Shown here one piece after another: positions 14,769 to 27,311 of a stretch of 64,000 nt of DNA. Position numbers and translations under genes: made by a program. This DNA is from the human T2T-CHM13v2.0 reference genome, Homo sapiens: the NCBI RefSeq assembly GCF_009914755.1, contig NC_060929.1; one strand, written 5' to 3'. Numbering within the stretch: the stretch's first letter is position 1; each line of letters opens with the position of its first letter. The notes under the pieces are model-generated. The model saw only the letters and a list, made by a program, of their open reading frames with translations. It was not told where the DNA came from and ran no database searches.

Positions 14769-14906
14769 ATTTAAAATTGGTGAGATGTTCCTTGGGCTGG
14801 TTGGTCTGAGGACCAGAGGTCGTAAGTAGATCTTTCTCACGGAGCAAAGAGCAGGAGGACAGGGGATTGATCTCCCAAGGGAGGTCCCCACCCCCCCACG
14901 CCCCTG

Positions 14907-14924
14907 ATCCGAGTCACGGCACCA
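14907..14924 (-). promoter_or_regulatory. Primer binding site complementary to the tRNA-His 3' end
   Basis: TGGTGCCGTGACTCGGAT, 18 nt. Confidence 0.95.
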
Positions 14925-14939
14925 AATTTCGGGACCAAA

Positions 14940-15388
14940 TTTCACTCACATCCGTGTGAAGAGACCGCCAAACAGGCTTTGTGTGAGCAATAAAGCTTTT
15001 TAATCACCTGGGTGCAGGCAGGCTGAGTCTCAAAAGAGAGTCAGTGAAGGGAGATGGGGTGGGGCTGTTTTATAGGATTTGGGTAGGTAAAGGAAAATTA
15101 CAGTCAAAGGGGGTTGTTCTCTGGCTGGCAGGGGCGGGGATCACAAGGTGCTCAGTTGGGGAGCCTTTGAGCCAGGATGAGCCAGGGGAAGGAATTTCAC
15201 AAGGTAATGTCATCAGTTAAGGCAGGGACTGGCCATTTTCACTTCTTTTGTGGTGGAATGTCATCAGTTAAGGCAGGAACAGGCCATTTTCACTTCTTTT
15301 GTGATTCTTCAGTTACTTCAGCCATCTGGATGTATACGTGCAGGTCACAGGGGATATGATGGCTTAGCTTGGGTTCAGAAGCCTGACA
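14940..15388 (-). promoter_or_regulatory. LTR7 (HERV-H 5' LTR, 449 bp)
   Basis: Starts TGTCAGG and ends GTGAAA; two tandem U3 repeats (~15209-15302), GC box 15131-15139, TATAAAA 15068-15074, ATTAAA in R (~15000). Confidence 0.95.
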
Positions 15389-15647
15389 GTCCAGACCATT
15401 GGGATTATTGAATATAACATTCTAGATTATTCAGTAGTGATTTCAAATATACATGGTATATGGCAATATGCAATTGTAATAATATGCAGTTTGTCTAAAG
15501 TGTGAATAACTTTCCGCAAAAGAAGGCCAGCTGCTACTTCTAGTGTTGGAGGTATGTGGAAAGGTTCCAGGAAGTGGCCTTTGTACATGTCTTAAATATT
15601 TCAGAATAAATTAAAAGACAGAGGGAGAACAATAATTCTTAGATATA

Positions 15648-16180
15648 TGAGTCAGTTTTCTGAGTTGCAAACAGATCCCTCTCTAGTTAGTTTAAACAGA
15701 AAATAAATTTATTGTAGGATATCATGTAGTTTATAGATCCTCTAGGAGAGCCAGAACATTGAGCTTAGAGGCCATGCTTCCAGGAACAACGCTTAAATGA
15801 CACTACTGATTGCTCTAGCAAAAGCCTCACTCCCACCATTTCTGGACACAGATACCATAACTTCCACTGCTGAGTCTGGTCAATGGATGCCAAGATTTCT
15901 ACCATGGCTGCCCCCAAATTTTGGGCACATATGCCACTATGCTCATGAGAAAATAAATGTTAGGTGGTTCCTGGTAATGAAGCCACAGTATTCTCTTACA
16001 AGTCCATGTTGCATATGGGTATTTCTTATTGTTAGATCTACATCCTACCTCTGGCATAGATACCGACTGGCTGGGAAGGTGAATTTCCAACTTCTGCTTT
16101 GTGGCGGCTTGACTACAAAGGCTGAGACTCCCCAAACATGGGAAAGATGTTCAAAATATTCTGGGTGACCACAAAAAGCA
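15648..16180. mobile_element. Old MLT1 (ERVL-MaLR) solo LTR
   Basis: 'gagtcagttttctgagttgcaaacaga...agtttaaacagaaaataaatttattgtaggatatc' resembles an MLT1 terminus. Confidence 0.5.
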
Positions 16181-16682
16181 ACTAAGATCTACTGCACTGG
16201 AACTAGAAAAAGTGAGATGTTAAATTGGATATAATGTTTCATGTAAAGGAGCAGGAACTCTATGCCATCATATTATTTGCAGTTGTGAGACTTTGCAAGA
16301 GTCCGGGGTATAGTCCTCATAACTATCAAATATTTTTGTACTCTGACATATAATGTAAACAATTTGCAAAAAGTACACAAAGAACTGTCATCAGAATAAT
16401 GGTACTTACAAGGAGCTTAATTGAAACTTGAAAGTTTAACATTTGGAGCAAAATACATAATAGAGTAACCCAATTGGAATACCCTCATGTAGTAATACCA
16501 GAAATTCTGAAAAATGTAAATAAACAGATAGATGTTATGACAGTATCTAAAGGATTGGTAACTATTTGGTACATGTGGTAGTAATTTACATTATATCGAG
16601 GTTTTCTTATAACTTCCTCTTTTGAACATAAAACATTCTGTTTGATGTTTGGGGTATTATTTTTATCATTATATTAGCTTAG

Positions 16683-17009
<327 letters not shown>

Positions 17010-18309
17010 TGAACTTATTTTTTAAGTCATCTACTTGTTAAGTGACACATGAGTCTTGAACCCAGAGTTTTCACTTTTAATTTCATGAAGATAAAGAATC
17101 TGAGGAAGGTCCTCCTATCAAGCACAACATGGAGGAAGCTGTGCAAAGAGATGTTGAGATTCCCAGGAGCCTCTTTGGGCTGCCCAAACTTGCCAGTTTC
17201 CTTCTTTCTGGTTGTCTGGTCCATTTCCATTAAGGGAATTCCAGTTCTGATTCTTCTTGGGCCACACTTCTAGTTCAAGTTACTGCTATGAAGGATATTC
17301 TCCAATTTTCACAATTAGTCCATGAAACAATCATTAGACAGATATTTGTTGAGTAGCTGTGAACAAGGTCCTGCGCTGGGCGCTGCAATCATTCTTCCAC
17401 TCCTCCGCAGACAGGAGGAGTTCGCCCTCTTGCTTATGTGGGGAAGGAAAGTCCAGTCAGAATCCTCTGTATGACAAGTCTACCACTAGTTGGATGATAA
17501 AGGTTTAATGTGCAGACACAGATTACAATTTTAGTTTTATAGGTTTCCCTCCTTGGTTAGAATTAGTAGTTTAATATTGGCACTGTTTTTTTGTTCTACT
17601 TTGTTTTAAGAATTTTTAGAAATGATACAGTTGTATACTCTCTCTTTCTAGCTTCTGGCTCATGATTTGTAATCTTGTTAATGTCTTTTCTAACCAATCA
17701 AAATAAGTAAAAATGTGTTTTTATAGTAGTGTTGCCATAGAATTAATGAGGCCTAACCATGTACAATCTCTGTGTGATTGGTCCCCAAAATAGTATTTGT
17801 GTGGTATTCTAACATTTCAGCAAATAATATATTTAAAGGTTTTCTTTTCAATCTTTAATGAAATCAAAAGCTTTCCTCCTCAATCTTTTTGTATTCATTT
17901 CAGATTTATCTAGGCAAACTGATATTAATAATTTTTATCAAGGTAATAGGTATACAATACTTTTTACTAGATTTTCTAATATATATGAAAACATATTTAA
18001 CTTCAGATTTTTTAAACTAATCCAGAAGAAAAGCAACTGAAGTTTTTAAATTTAGAAGACATAGATTTTTCTTATTTTTATTATTGGTATTCTAATAGTA
18101 TACTAAGAAAATGTAATATAAGCTACTTATAAAATAGTACATGCAATTAAATGAAGTCAGTGTACTACACTATAATAGTTTGTCATTGGACAGAACTCAT
18201 CAGTTGGCCGGTTAGTACATGTGAATTTTGCATGAAGTACAAGGGACTTTCAGTTCTGGGCAACCAGTGCCAGTGAAAGTACCCTACTGGCCAAGATGGA
18301 AATTACTTT

Positions 18310-19480
18310 GATTTTGAGGTTCCTTGTTTCACATGCATTAAAAAAAATTATCGAGTATCTACTGAATGCCAAGGACTCATTTAGGCTCTGGAGGTATAAA
18401 GAACTAAATAAGACAAACAAGATCCCTGCTGTTATAGAAACTATTATTTAGTATGGAGAATTGAAAATAAACTAGTAAACACATAAATGATTGAGAGCAT
18501 CTCAAAGAGATAGACATGTAATTTAGATGGTAAACAGGGCAATGGGCTATAAATTAATTGGGGTAACTTTACACAACGTTGGTCAGTGATGTCCTTTCTA
18601 AAAGCGTGACGTTGTTGCTGTGACCTGAATGACATGAAGCAACTATCTATGGAACAATGTGTGTTAGTGTTTCACATGGATGCCATGCATGTTTTTGTTT
18701 TAGTGGTTAGACTAGAGTGATGCTTCCACTCAGTGAGATAGAGCAGTATGTTTAAATATGTGTTAGTTTGCTCAAACTTTTGTGATGCTTTTCTAATACA
18801 TCCTGGTTATTTTTCTTAAATATTCCTATTCCAGCACTAAGAGTACAGAGTTAATTCCTTTATGAGGTCCTGTTTGAAGTGCAACTGCTGATGTATAATT
18901 TCACAAACATCATTCCGCCTCTAGTAATGTTATTTCCTTGCAGCAATAATAGTCCAAGTGGGTAAGTGCTACCATAGCGGAAATTACAGGGAGCTAAGGG
19001 CTCGTCTAGCTCTATTTTGGAGGCTAGGTAAGGCTTTCTGAAATAAGAGGTTTCTAAACTGTGATCTGAAGGACAAAGAGAATTTTCCCAGGCCCAGGGA
19101 ATAGGAGGACAAGACAGAAAAGTCTTCTACACAGAGGAACATGTGCAAAGGCCTTCGGAGAGAGAGAGAATGTGGTACATTTGGGGAACTGCCAATAATT
19201 TGCATTTGGCTGAAGTGTATAGTTCAAGAGATAAAGTGATAAAAGAGAAGGCAGTCTAGAGAAAGGAGCAGGAGCTGATTACAGATAAGCTTTGCTGAAG
19301 ATTTTAGGCTGAGGAAAAGGACAACTTTTATTCATTAATTCAGCAAAACTTTATGAAGTGCCTTATGTGCTATGCACTGTTTTAGGCACTGGGAATACAT
19401 CAGTGAACAGACAGAAGTCCCCACCTTCATTCTGTCTACATTCTAGGGGGCAAGGTAGATAGCAAACTAAGAAATTCTTA
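18310..19480 (-). mobile_element. Cluster of L2 fragments
   Basis: 'gagtatctactgaatgccaagg', 'gaggaacatgtgcaaaggcc', 'tcattaattcagcaaaactttatgaagtgccttatgtgc'. Confidence 0.6.
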
Positions 19481-21789
19481 GGTAAGATGCCAAGTTTTTG
19501 AGGATTTTTGAGTTTGATGCAATATGGAAGCAATTTTTCAACTGGTAACACTTGAGAAGTCACAGGTTAACACCAAAGAATATGTATATTTTTGACAATG
19601 CCACTTGAGATTTTGGCATACTTTCACTTTTCTGAGTGAAACTAAACTAAAAGTTTGTCAGTCACAAGGACTGGCTTTTCTTTCTTCCTGAGCCCCTTCT
19701 GATAAGGACCTTTTCATAACCCTGTATCGCATGAGTTCTCAATGGTGTTAATTAAATTAGTAGAGCAGTAAATTGGTAGTGAGGCTGCTACTGCTTTCTT
19801 AAATAATTTGGAGCTCAATGGAATTACATTGTTTTGCAGAGATTCTTTAATAATGTGCCTTTAAGCTTAGGACTGCATCATCTAAATTTCTCTGTCATAG
19901 AACTTTTTGGAAATTGTACCAAACTGGGAGTATATGCTATTATAATACTTAAGAATTCAAATAACTTTTCATGTCTTAATGCATTTGCCCTAAAGTAAGA
20001 GTTGGTCACACATGTGAGTTGAATCTAAGAAGTTTAGTTTTGTGATTGAGCAAATTTATTATTATGATTATTATTATTAATTTTAGAGATGGTGAAATTA
20101 TCCCTCATTAAAAAATCTACTCTGCACTTTACCAACGGAGTAGATTTTGCTGAAGTGCTAACAGATTGCTCTAAAGATACATTCCAAATTACCACCAACT
20201 TCCTATTTTGGGAAAAAAAGAAAGGAATCCAGTTTTAAGCCTCTGTCTCTTTAAAACAAAATGCGAGGTGGTGAACTATGTGGCACTTTTGATTATATGT
20301 TGAAACCACACTAAGTCCCTGAAATCCAAGAGAATATTGTACTCTGGTCCTTTGTGCAGAATGCTCACATGAGTGCTTACAGGAACCAATCCAGAAGCAA
20401 ATTGCTGCTGATAGTAACTGACAGCATGAATTACTGCATTTTCAGAGACTCTGCCAGGATCAACCCGTATGATCTCACTTTTGCTCATATAGCAAGCTGA
20501 ATATGTGCATGTGCTAGAACAAGCCTCCCAAGTTCAGGGAATGGCAAGGTCTCTCAGCAGTTTGAAAATAGCCAGCACCTTTGAAATGAATCACTGTGGC
20601 ATCTAGTCAGCTCATACTTATAAAACCGGTTTTTCTTTGGTTAATTTCTGACCTTAAGCATGTAAAATCTCTTAGAAAAAGGAGGAACTGATTCATCTGT
20701 TTATTTGTCATGTGAAAACCAGACAAGTCAATGAGTGCTGAGGACAACATCAATTTCTCCTTAGCAAGCCGAGCTGCTTCTGGTTCTGCAACTCACTCTG
20801 GTCCGTTTGGAGACGTTTTGCAGCTAGTGATTCCCCTGTTGATTCTTAACAACTTTCAGAAATCTTCCTGTAATTTTGAACAAATAAGAACATTGAAGGA
20901 AGAACTGTACTCTTCGCTAGAAATACTCAATTGACATAAAATATATCTGATGGAAAATGCTCTAAAAATGAATTCATATTTTGTATACCAACACAACCAA
21001 GATCACTAAAATATAATTCAAACATGAGAAGAACTCATCTCAAATATACATATCTGGACATAAAAGTAGGAACTGGAAACATTTGTCCAAAAGATGAAAC
21101 CATAGATTCAATATCCACAACCACAACCCAAGATCAGTCTCAAGATTTCTTCCATTATTTCAGGACATTATAAAACTCACCTAAATAGTAATAAAATTGC
21201 AGGGGAATCTGCATGATTTAATGCCTTTGCCCATCATTAGCAATGTAATCTAGTATTTCTGGGAAAACATAGACCTTCTGAGGTCTTTAACTCTGTTCTT
21301 GGCAGACAAAAAGCCTTCCAGGTCATCTTTAAAGACATATTTATTTTTAATTCTTAGGTCTACACATGTTTTCTGTTAATAAGTTGGAATCTTAAGATTG
21401 TATTCACTTCTTTATTTATTTTAAAAAATACTCAGTTCTCCTGAAACAATGGTGCCTTTGAAAATGAGGGGGCTAATAGAATAGAAGAAAAAAAAAGAAG
21501 CCTTTCCTTCTTTGTTCCATGTTTTGCTTTCTCTAGAAGGGGTGATGGGCTCTAGTCTTTGCAGGATATTTCTCAGTGAGTTAGCACTGCTCTAATGGTG
21601 GCCTTTGAGAGAAAGAGGAAAAGTGGGAGAGCCTTGTTTGTTATGGGGGAGCACTGGCTGGTTGAAGACAATCTGAAGGGGAGGTTTTTATCTTGGAGAG
21701 CCCTTCCTGGGGAAAATCAGAGGTGGAGATAGACAATCCCAGCATGGTACATGGGATAATATGATGGAGTAATGGGTGCATAGATGAGA

Positions 21790-22550
21790 GAGCACTTATC
21801 TCTCAACTTGGACATTTTACAGGCCTATTTATACGGGCCTCATTCAACAGGTTCAAACTCAACTGATTACTTCTTGCTCCTCCTTCTGTGTTCCTGATCT
21901 CAATGAAGCCCCATCTTCCATCCCAGCAAGAAGAGAGAGAAACTTAGGGGTTCCCTCTTGACTCTCTTTTGCCCTTGTACACCAATCAGTCACGAAGACC
22001 TGTCAATTATAACTCATTTATCTCTCTCAAGTTCTCAAATTTCATCTTCTTCTCATACTAAATACATATATGTCCTCTCCTTTACAAATAAGCCTGCTAA
22101 CTGCCCCATCCTTGGTCTCTCCAATCTGATCTCTATCTACACTGTCTAAAACACACATATGACCATCTCATTCTTTTACTTAAAAGGCTCTCCATTGCGT
22201 TCAGGAAAAAAATAAAATCAAAACTCCCTTAAATGGAATATTTACCTCTCAATGAATATTCCCTGTCCTACCCTTGCTTCATCACAGGTTTTGTCTTGAA
22301 TGCCCTCTCTCTGTCCTTTCTTCTCCTGGATAATTCCTACTTATCTTTCACATTTTGATTCAGCTATTACCTCCTCCTGGAAGACTTCCCCAAACCTCTT
22401 CCTGACCCTCATCACAAAAGGTTCCCAGTGTCCCTTGTTTTGACCACTGTGCTAATACATCATGTATCTTGAGGGCAAGTGCAGGGTTTTCATTGTTTCC
22501 AACTCAGCAGCTAGCATAGTGCCTGGCACATTGTAGATGAATGAATATGG
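21790..22550 (+). mobile_element. L2 fragment including the 3' end
   Basis: Pyrimidine-rich L2 body ending 'agcatagtgcctggcacattgtagatgaatgaat'. Confidence 0.7.
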
Positions 22551-22722
22551 GGATTAATCAGACAAAGTGACACAGAGAAGGCGGAGTTGTGCTGACTCAC
22601 ACTTGAGGGAGGAATAGGACAAAGCAGAGAGGGGTATTTAAGGCAGAGGGAGCATGTGCAGGAGCACGAGAGCACTTGTCACGTTGAGAGAACGTTACAC
22701 GGTTTAGAACTGGTAGAGTGTA

Positions 22723-23005
22723 GGCCGGGCGCGGTGGCTCACACCTGTAATCCCAGCACTTTGGGAGGCCGAGGCGGGTGGATCACGAGGTCAGGAGATC
22801 GAGACCATCCTGGCTAACACGGTGGAACCTCATCTCTACTAAAAATACAAAAAAATTAGCCAGGCGTGGTGGCGGGTGCCATAGTCCCAGCTACTCCAGA
22901 GGCTGAGGCAGGAGAATGGCAGGAACCCGGGAGGTGGAGCTTGCAGTGAGCTGAGATTGCAGCCTGGGAGACAGAGCGAGACTCCATCTCAAAAAGAAAA
23001 AAAAA
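22723..23005 (+). mobile_element. AluY-type SINE with a short right-arm deletion
   Basis: Starts ggccgggcgcgg; 17-bp TSD agaactg(g/c)tagag(t/c)gta at 22706-22722 and 23006-23022. Confidence 0.95.
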
Positions 23006-25824
23006 AGAACTGCTAGAGCGTAAAAGGTGAGATACAGACATCTGTGGCATGAGACATGTTCAGGAGTTGCACATTTGTTGTAATCTGAGGCCAGCTTTTC
23101 TCAAAGGTCAGAGAGGCTTCCTGAGGCTCTCAGTATAGTTACGAATGATGAAATGTCCAAGCAGGATTATACCATGTGTGATAATCTTATACACTTACAT
23201 TTAACAAATTAGCCCCTTTGACAGAAAAGTTACAATGCATTTTAATTTTGTTATTTATGGGAAATTATAGGATTTACATAAGAATATTTGTTCATAGTAC
23301 ACCAGGGGAGGTGTGATCAGAAAGTGTGAAACAAGCTTAAAGTTGTGAGATAAATGTCTTCTTAAAATATTGTAAGCATATCTCTGGGACCATATGTAGA
23401 GCCTCCTCGTGAGGTACTATGAAAGTTTAACTTTGAGAACATCAGCTGAGAACCAAATGGTCCTTCACATTCTCAGTCCCTTGTTTTCCACAACAATCAT
23501 ATGAAAACATTTTCATTTTAACTGCTTAGAAAATGGACAAAGAAATAAAATGTTAAAACGAGAAAAGGGGAAATTTGAAAAATAAGAACAGAAAGGGAAA
23601 GACACATGGAAAAATGTTTAGAAAAATGATTAAAATTAGGGTGGTAAATACTTTTTAAAAATAAAGTAAGGCATATTCACAATTTCAAGTAAAATAGGTC
23701 AGTAGCTCAATGGAAATATTTAATTACTGTAGTTGAGGGAAATTGTCTAGCTGTGATTTCTTCATGTAAACAGTGGATGCAAGAACAAGCAAACCAAGCT
23801 TGGAGCAACTCAGTGAGCAAATACACTTCCCTGATCTGCTGGAAGGCTCAGCAAGGTGTAATTCATCCTCCAGAGTGTTGTGAAAGTTTAAACTGCATCT
23901 AGAACCAAATCCCCAAACAAAATGATCAATTTATTTAAGATAATCCTACATGCTAATATATAGATCTCCATACAGAGCTATTATTGAGTACTTTTCTTTT
24001 CCTTTTTCTTATTTTTTAAACCATTTTATGGCAGATATTTTTTCTTCTGGCTATCAGAAAGGAAGTCATGGGATGTCTCAGAATATTCACAACAGGAAAC
24101 ATGCTTACATTTATAAAATGAGCACGTTGTTATTTCTCCATTCCCTGATAGAATGACTTCAGCTCTTCATTTGGACTAAAATTTTCCAGATTACTTTTAG
24201 TTCCTGATTCAATTTTGTTAGAAAAGTACAAAATTTATATATCAGGATTTTTCTCCCTCAGGAGTCACTGCAATCTTCCTTCCCGGGGTGTGGTCAAATC
24301 CTGGGGAGATTCCAGATTCTGTGCATCAAAGCACAGCATCTTTGACCTTTGCCTCATGTTCTGCATCCTTCCTGGGGCTGCTGTCACTTTCTGAGTTAGA
24401 CTTGGGACACGGAGCATCAAATGGTCTTGGAGAGCCACAGTTAACCTTCCAAACAGGTTAGCAAAATTTGCAAACCACTGTTGGCCATTTTTTCTCTCCA
24501 TTGCGTAGCTGTGACTCAGGTCTTTGCTTCTCAGAAGGAGACAACCGAGGTGCAGATAAATGGAGCATCACAGTAACTCAGGGGTAGAAACAGATTTAGG
24601 AAGAACACAGCTTCTTAACTTTTGCTTCTGTGTTTTAATTTTCATTTTTCACAATATTTGGTTTATGGTTATTTCTTCATTAGGGGAACTAGGGGAAATA
24701 CCATTTTATACTTTAAGTGTACTTTATATACAAATAACTGAAAAAAATGGCCAAACTTGTAATATTTTATTTCTAGTTAGATGCATAAATATGCAGACAT
24801 TAAAATAGATGAGTTAGAGGTTATTATAACATCAATTTTGTTATATAAACATACCGAGGAAGATTAGAAGTAGTGGTTCCATTTATTACTTTTTAATCAA
24901 CTGGAAAGCCTCAGTGGCACCAGTTTTCAAAACAGCATTTTTCTCATTTCTATAAAATGGATAAGGACAATAAGAGCTATGTTAAATTCTTCTGCGTAAC
25001 AGTCAAATAAAATACTCATGATTTAAAAATGTCTTTCATATTTAGTATGTATCTTTAACTTCTTCAGTGAGGGTCTTAATATTTATCTTGAAATACTTTA
25101 TAAGTTTCTGTCTCTTTTCTCTTCCTGATATGTACTCCATGTTTTAGGTCCCTGCAAATAGCCCTCTGGGTTAGAAGTTGCTTCCAGAATTCCTGGGGTG
25201 TCTGCTAGTTAACCCGTTTGATGTCTGTGGGGCATTGTTGGGAAGGCATTTGGTGATTTGAACTTGAGATCCTTGGCTAGTGGAGAAGTCCTTACTTGGG
25301 CTTGGAATTTGGGCCTGGAGTAAGGCATGAGTTTCCCCTTTGGAACCCTCCTATGAGTTGGAGTAAAGCAAGAAGGAAAAGAAGTATTCTTCTCTGAACA
25401 GGTTTTTGCTATCAGCTAGGATTTAATTACAGTGCGAGGTGGGTGTAAAGAAACACCTTTAATCGTGGAGTCTACTTTGGGGAAAGATGAATTGATTTTA
25501 AATCAAGTGTAGGTAAAAGTTTGTATCCATCCAAATGATGGTATTATATGTCAGACTTACCATATAAATATCAGATATAATGTGTGACATACAAAGATTG
25601 ATGCAGAATTCCATTACAATATAGTATTAATTCATTTATTTATTCAACAAATATGTATTGGGTATATTCTATAAGCCAGATACTGTGATAGATGCTGAAG
25701 AACTCCTAAGCAAACACAACAGTCTACTTTTCTTCCATTTCTAATTTTTTTATTTTTTACTTTTTGCGGGTGTTTGTTGCAGCACTGTTTATAATACAGT
25801 CTACTTTAATAATACAAGGTTTCT

Positions 25825-26276
<452 letters not shown>

Positions 26277-26609
26277 TTACCAGTTTCCTGGCTACTTTAT
26301 CTGACAGATTAAAAAATTATTAAAAATGTTATTTAAAAGTTTAAATAATGTCATAATTAAAATAGTTTGAAAAGAAATATGTTGTATTTTGGGAGCCAAT
26401 ATATTTTGTCCAAGTAGAAAAGATCTTAAGAAAAAGAGATCCCTTAAAAGCTATTTGGAATTTTTTTCAGAAACACTGGTAATTCTAGATCTATTACCAA
26501 TAACAATTTATTATGAAGCATTACTTCTTTTTTATTATCTTTGATTTTTTTTTCCACATATTTATTTCGGCATAGTATTATCCAGAAGAAAGAGCTTCGG
26601 GACTTGCAT

Positions 26610-26765
26610 TCAAAAACTTGGTTTAAGTTCAGAGTTTGCTCTTTGTGGTAGTGTAATTTTGGGGAGTCGCATTTACCCTCTTTTGGCCTTGTTTCTTCAT
26701 CTGTAAAATGATACAATGGGACATATTGAATAATTGTCAAAGTCCCTTCCAATTTTAACATTCCC
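26610..26765 (+). mobile_element. MIR fragment
   Basis: 'tttcttcatctgtaaaatga...gtcccttccaattttaacatt'. Confidence 0.55.
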
Positions 26766-27311
26766 TTGTTCTTTAATCTTCTAGATTTGAGGGTGGAATG
26801 TAGGCACATGGACATGAACATTATGTTGAAATATGCTATTAAAAACATAAACAACCCAGAATTTTGGATTTAGCTGGAGTTATGAATTAGTTCTGGTTGC
26901 TTATACCACAATATCATATAGACTTCTGTCCACTGCTAGATTTATACTTTACTGATTCATATTTTCCAAAGAAAAATGCATATGTATAGGTAAGTGAGGC
27001 ATTTAGAATGAGGGTAGCATTTAATCACAGAAATTCAGGACCATCCCAAATTATACATACTGACATTGTCTTTGGCCAGGATAGGTACAGCCCAGACAAT
27101 GATGCTCTCAGATTAAGTCCCAAATCACAACTGCATCACAGCACTGCAGACATCCTGTTGACTCAAGACCCAGGATCCCAACTCATTTTTGACACCTCCT
27201 TATTTAGTCTTTCCTGATATCTTCCTAAGTTGGAAGCACTCTCTTACTTCTTTATGCTCCAGTTCACTTATTCAGTCTGGCACTAAAATAAACTACATAC
27301 AACTCTCTTTT

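Larger units (their letters stand above)
9796..15388 (-). mobile_element. HERV-H provirus (common internally deleted type) with 5' LTR only; 3' LTR absent
   Basis: LTR7, His-tRNA PBS, gag/pro/pol remnants and 3' internal region; 5-bp TSD gtcca at 9791-9795 and 15389-15393. Confidence 0.97.

Noticed and set aside
10564-14945. HERV-H gag/pro/pol ORFs as functional or domesticated genes
   Set aside because: All are short fragments with frameshifts; the protease active site is NTEA, the RT YxDD region is missing and no env ORF is seen.
15209-15302. Direct repeats suggestive of a CRISPR-like array
   Set aside because: Ordinary tandem U3 repeats of LTR7 with no spacers, in a eukaryotic context.
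26444-26854. 136-aa minus-strand ORF
   Set aside because: Overlaps an antisense MIR and AT-rich sequence; no recognisable domain.
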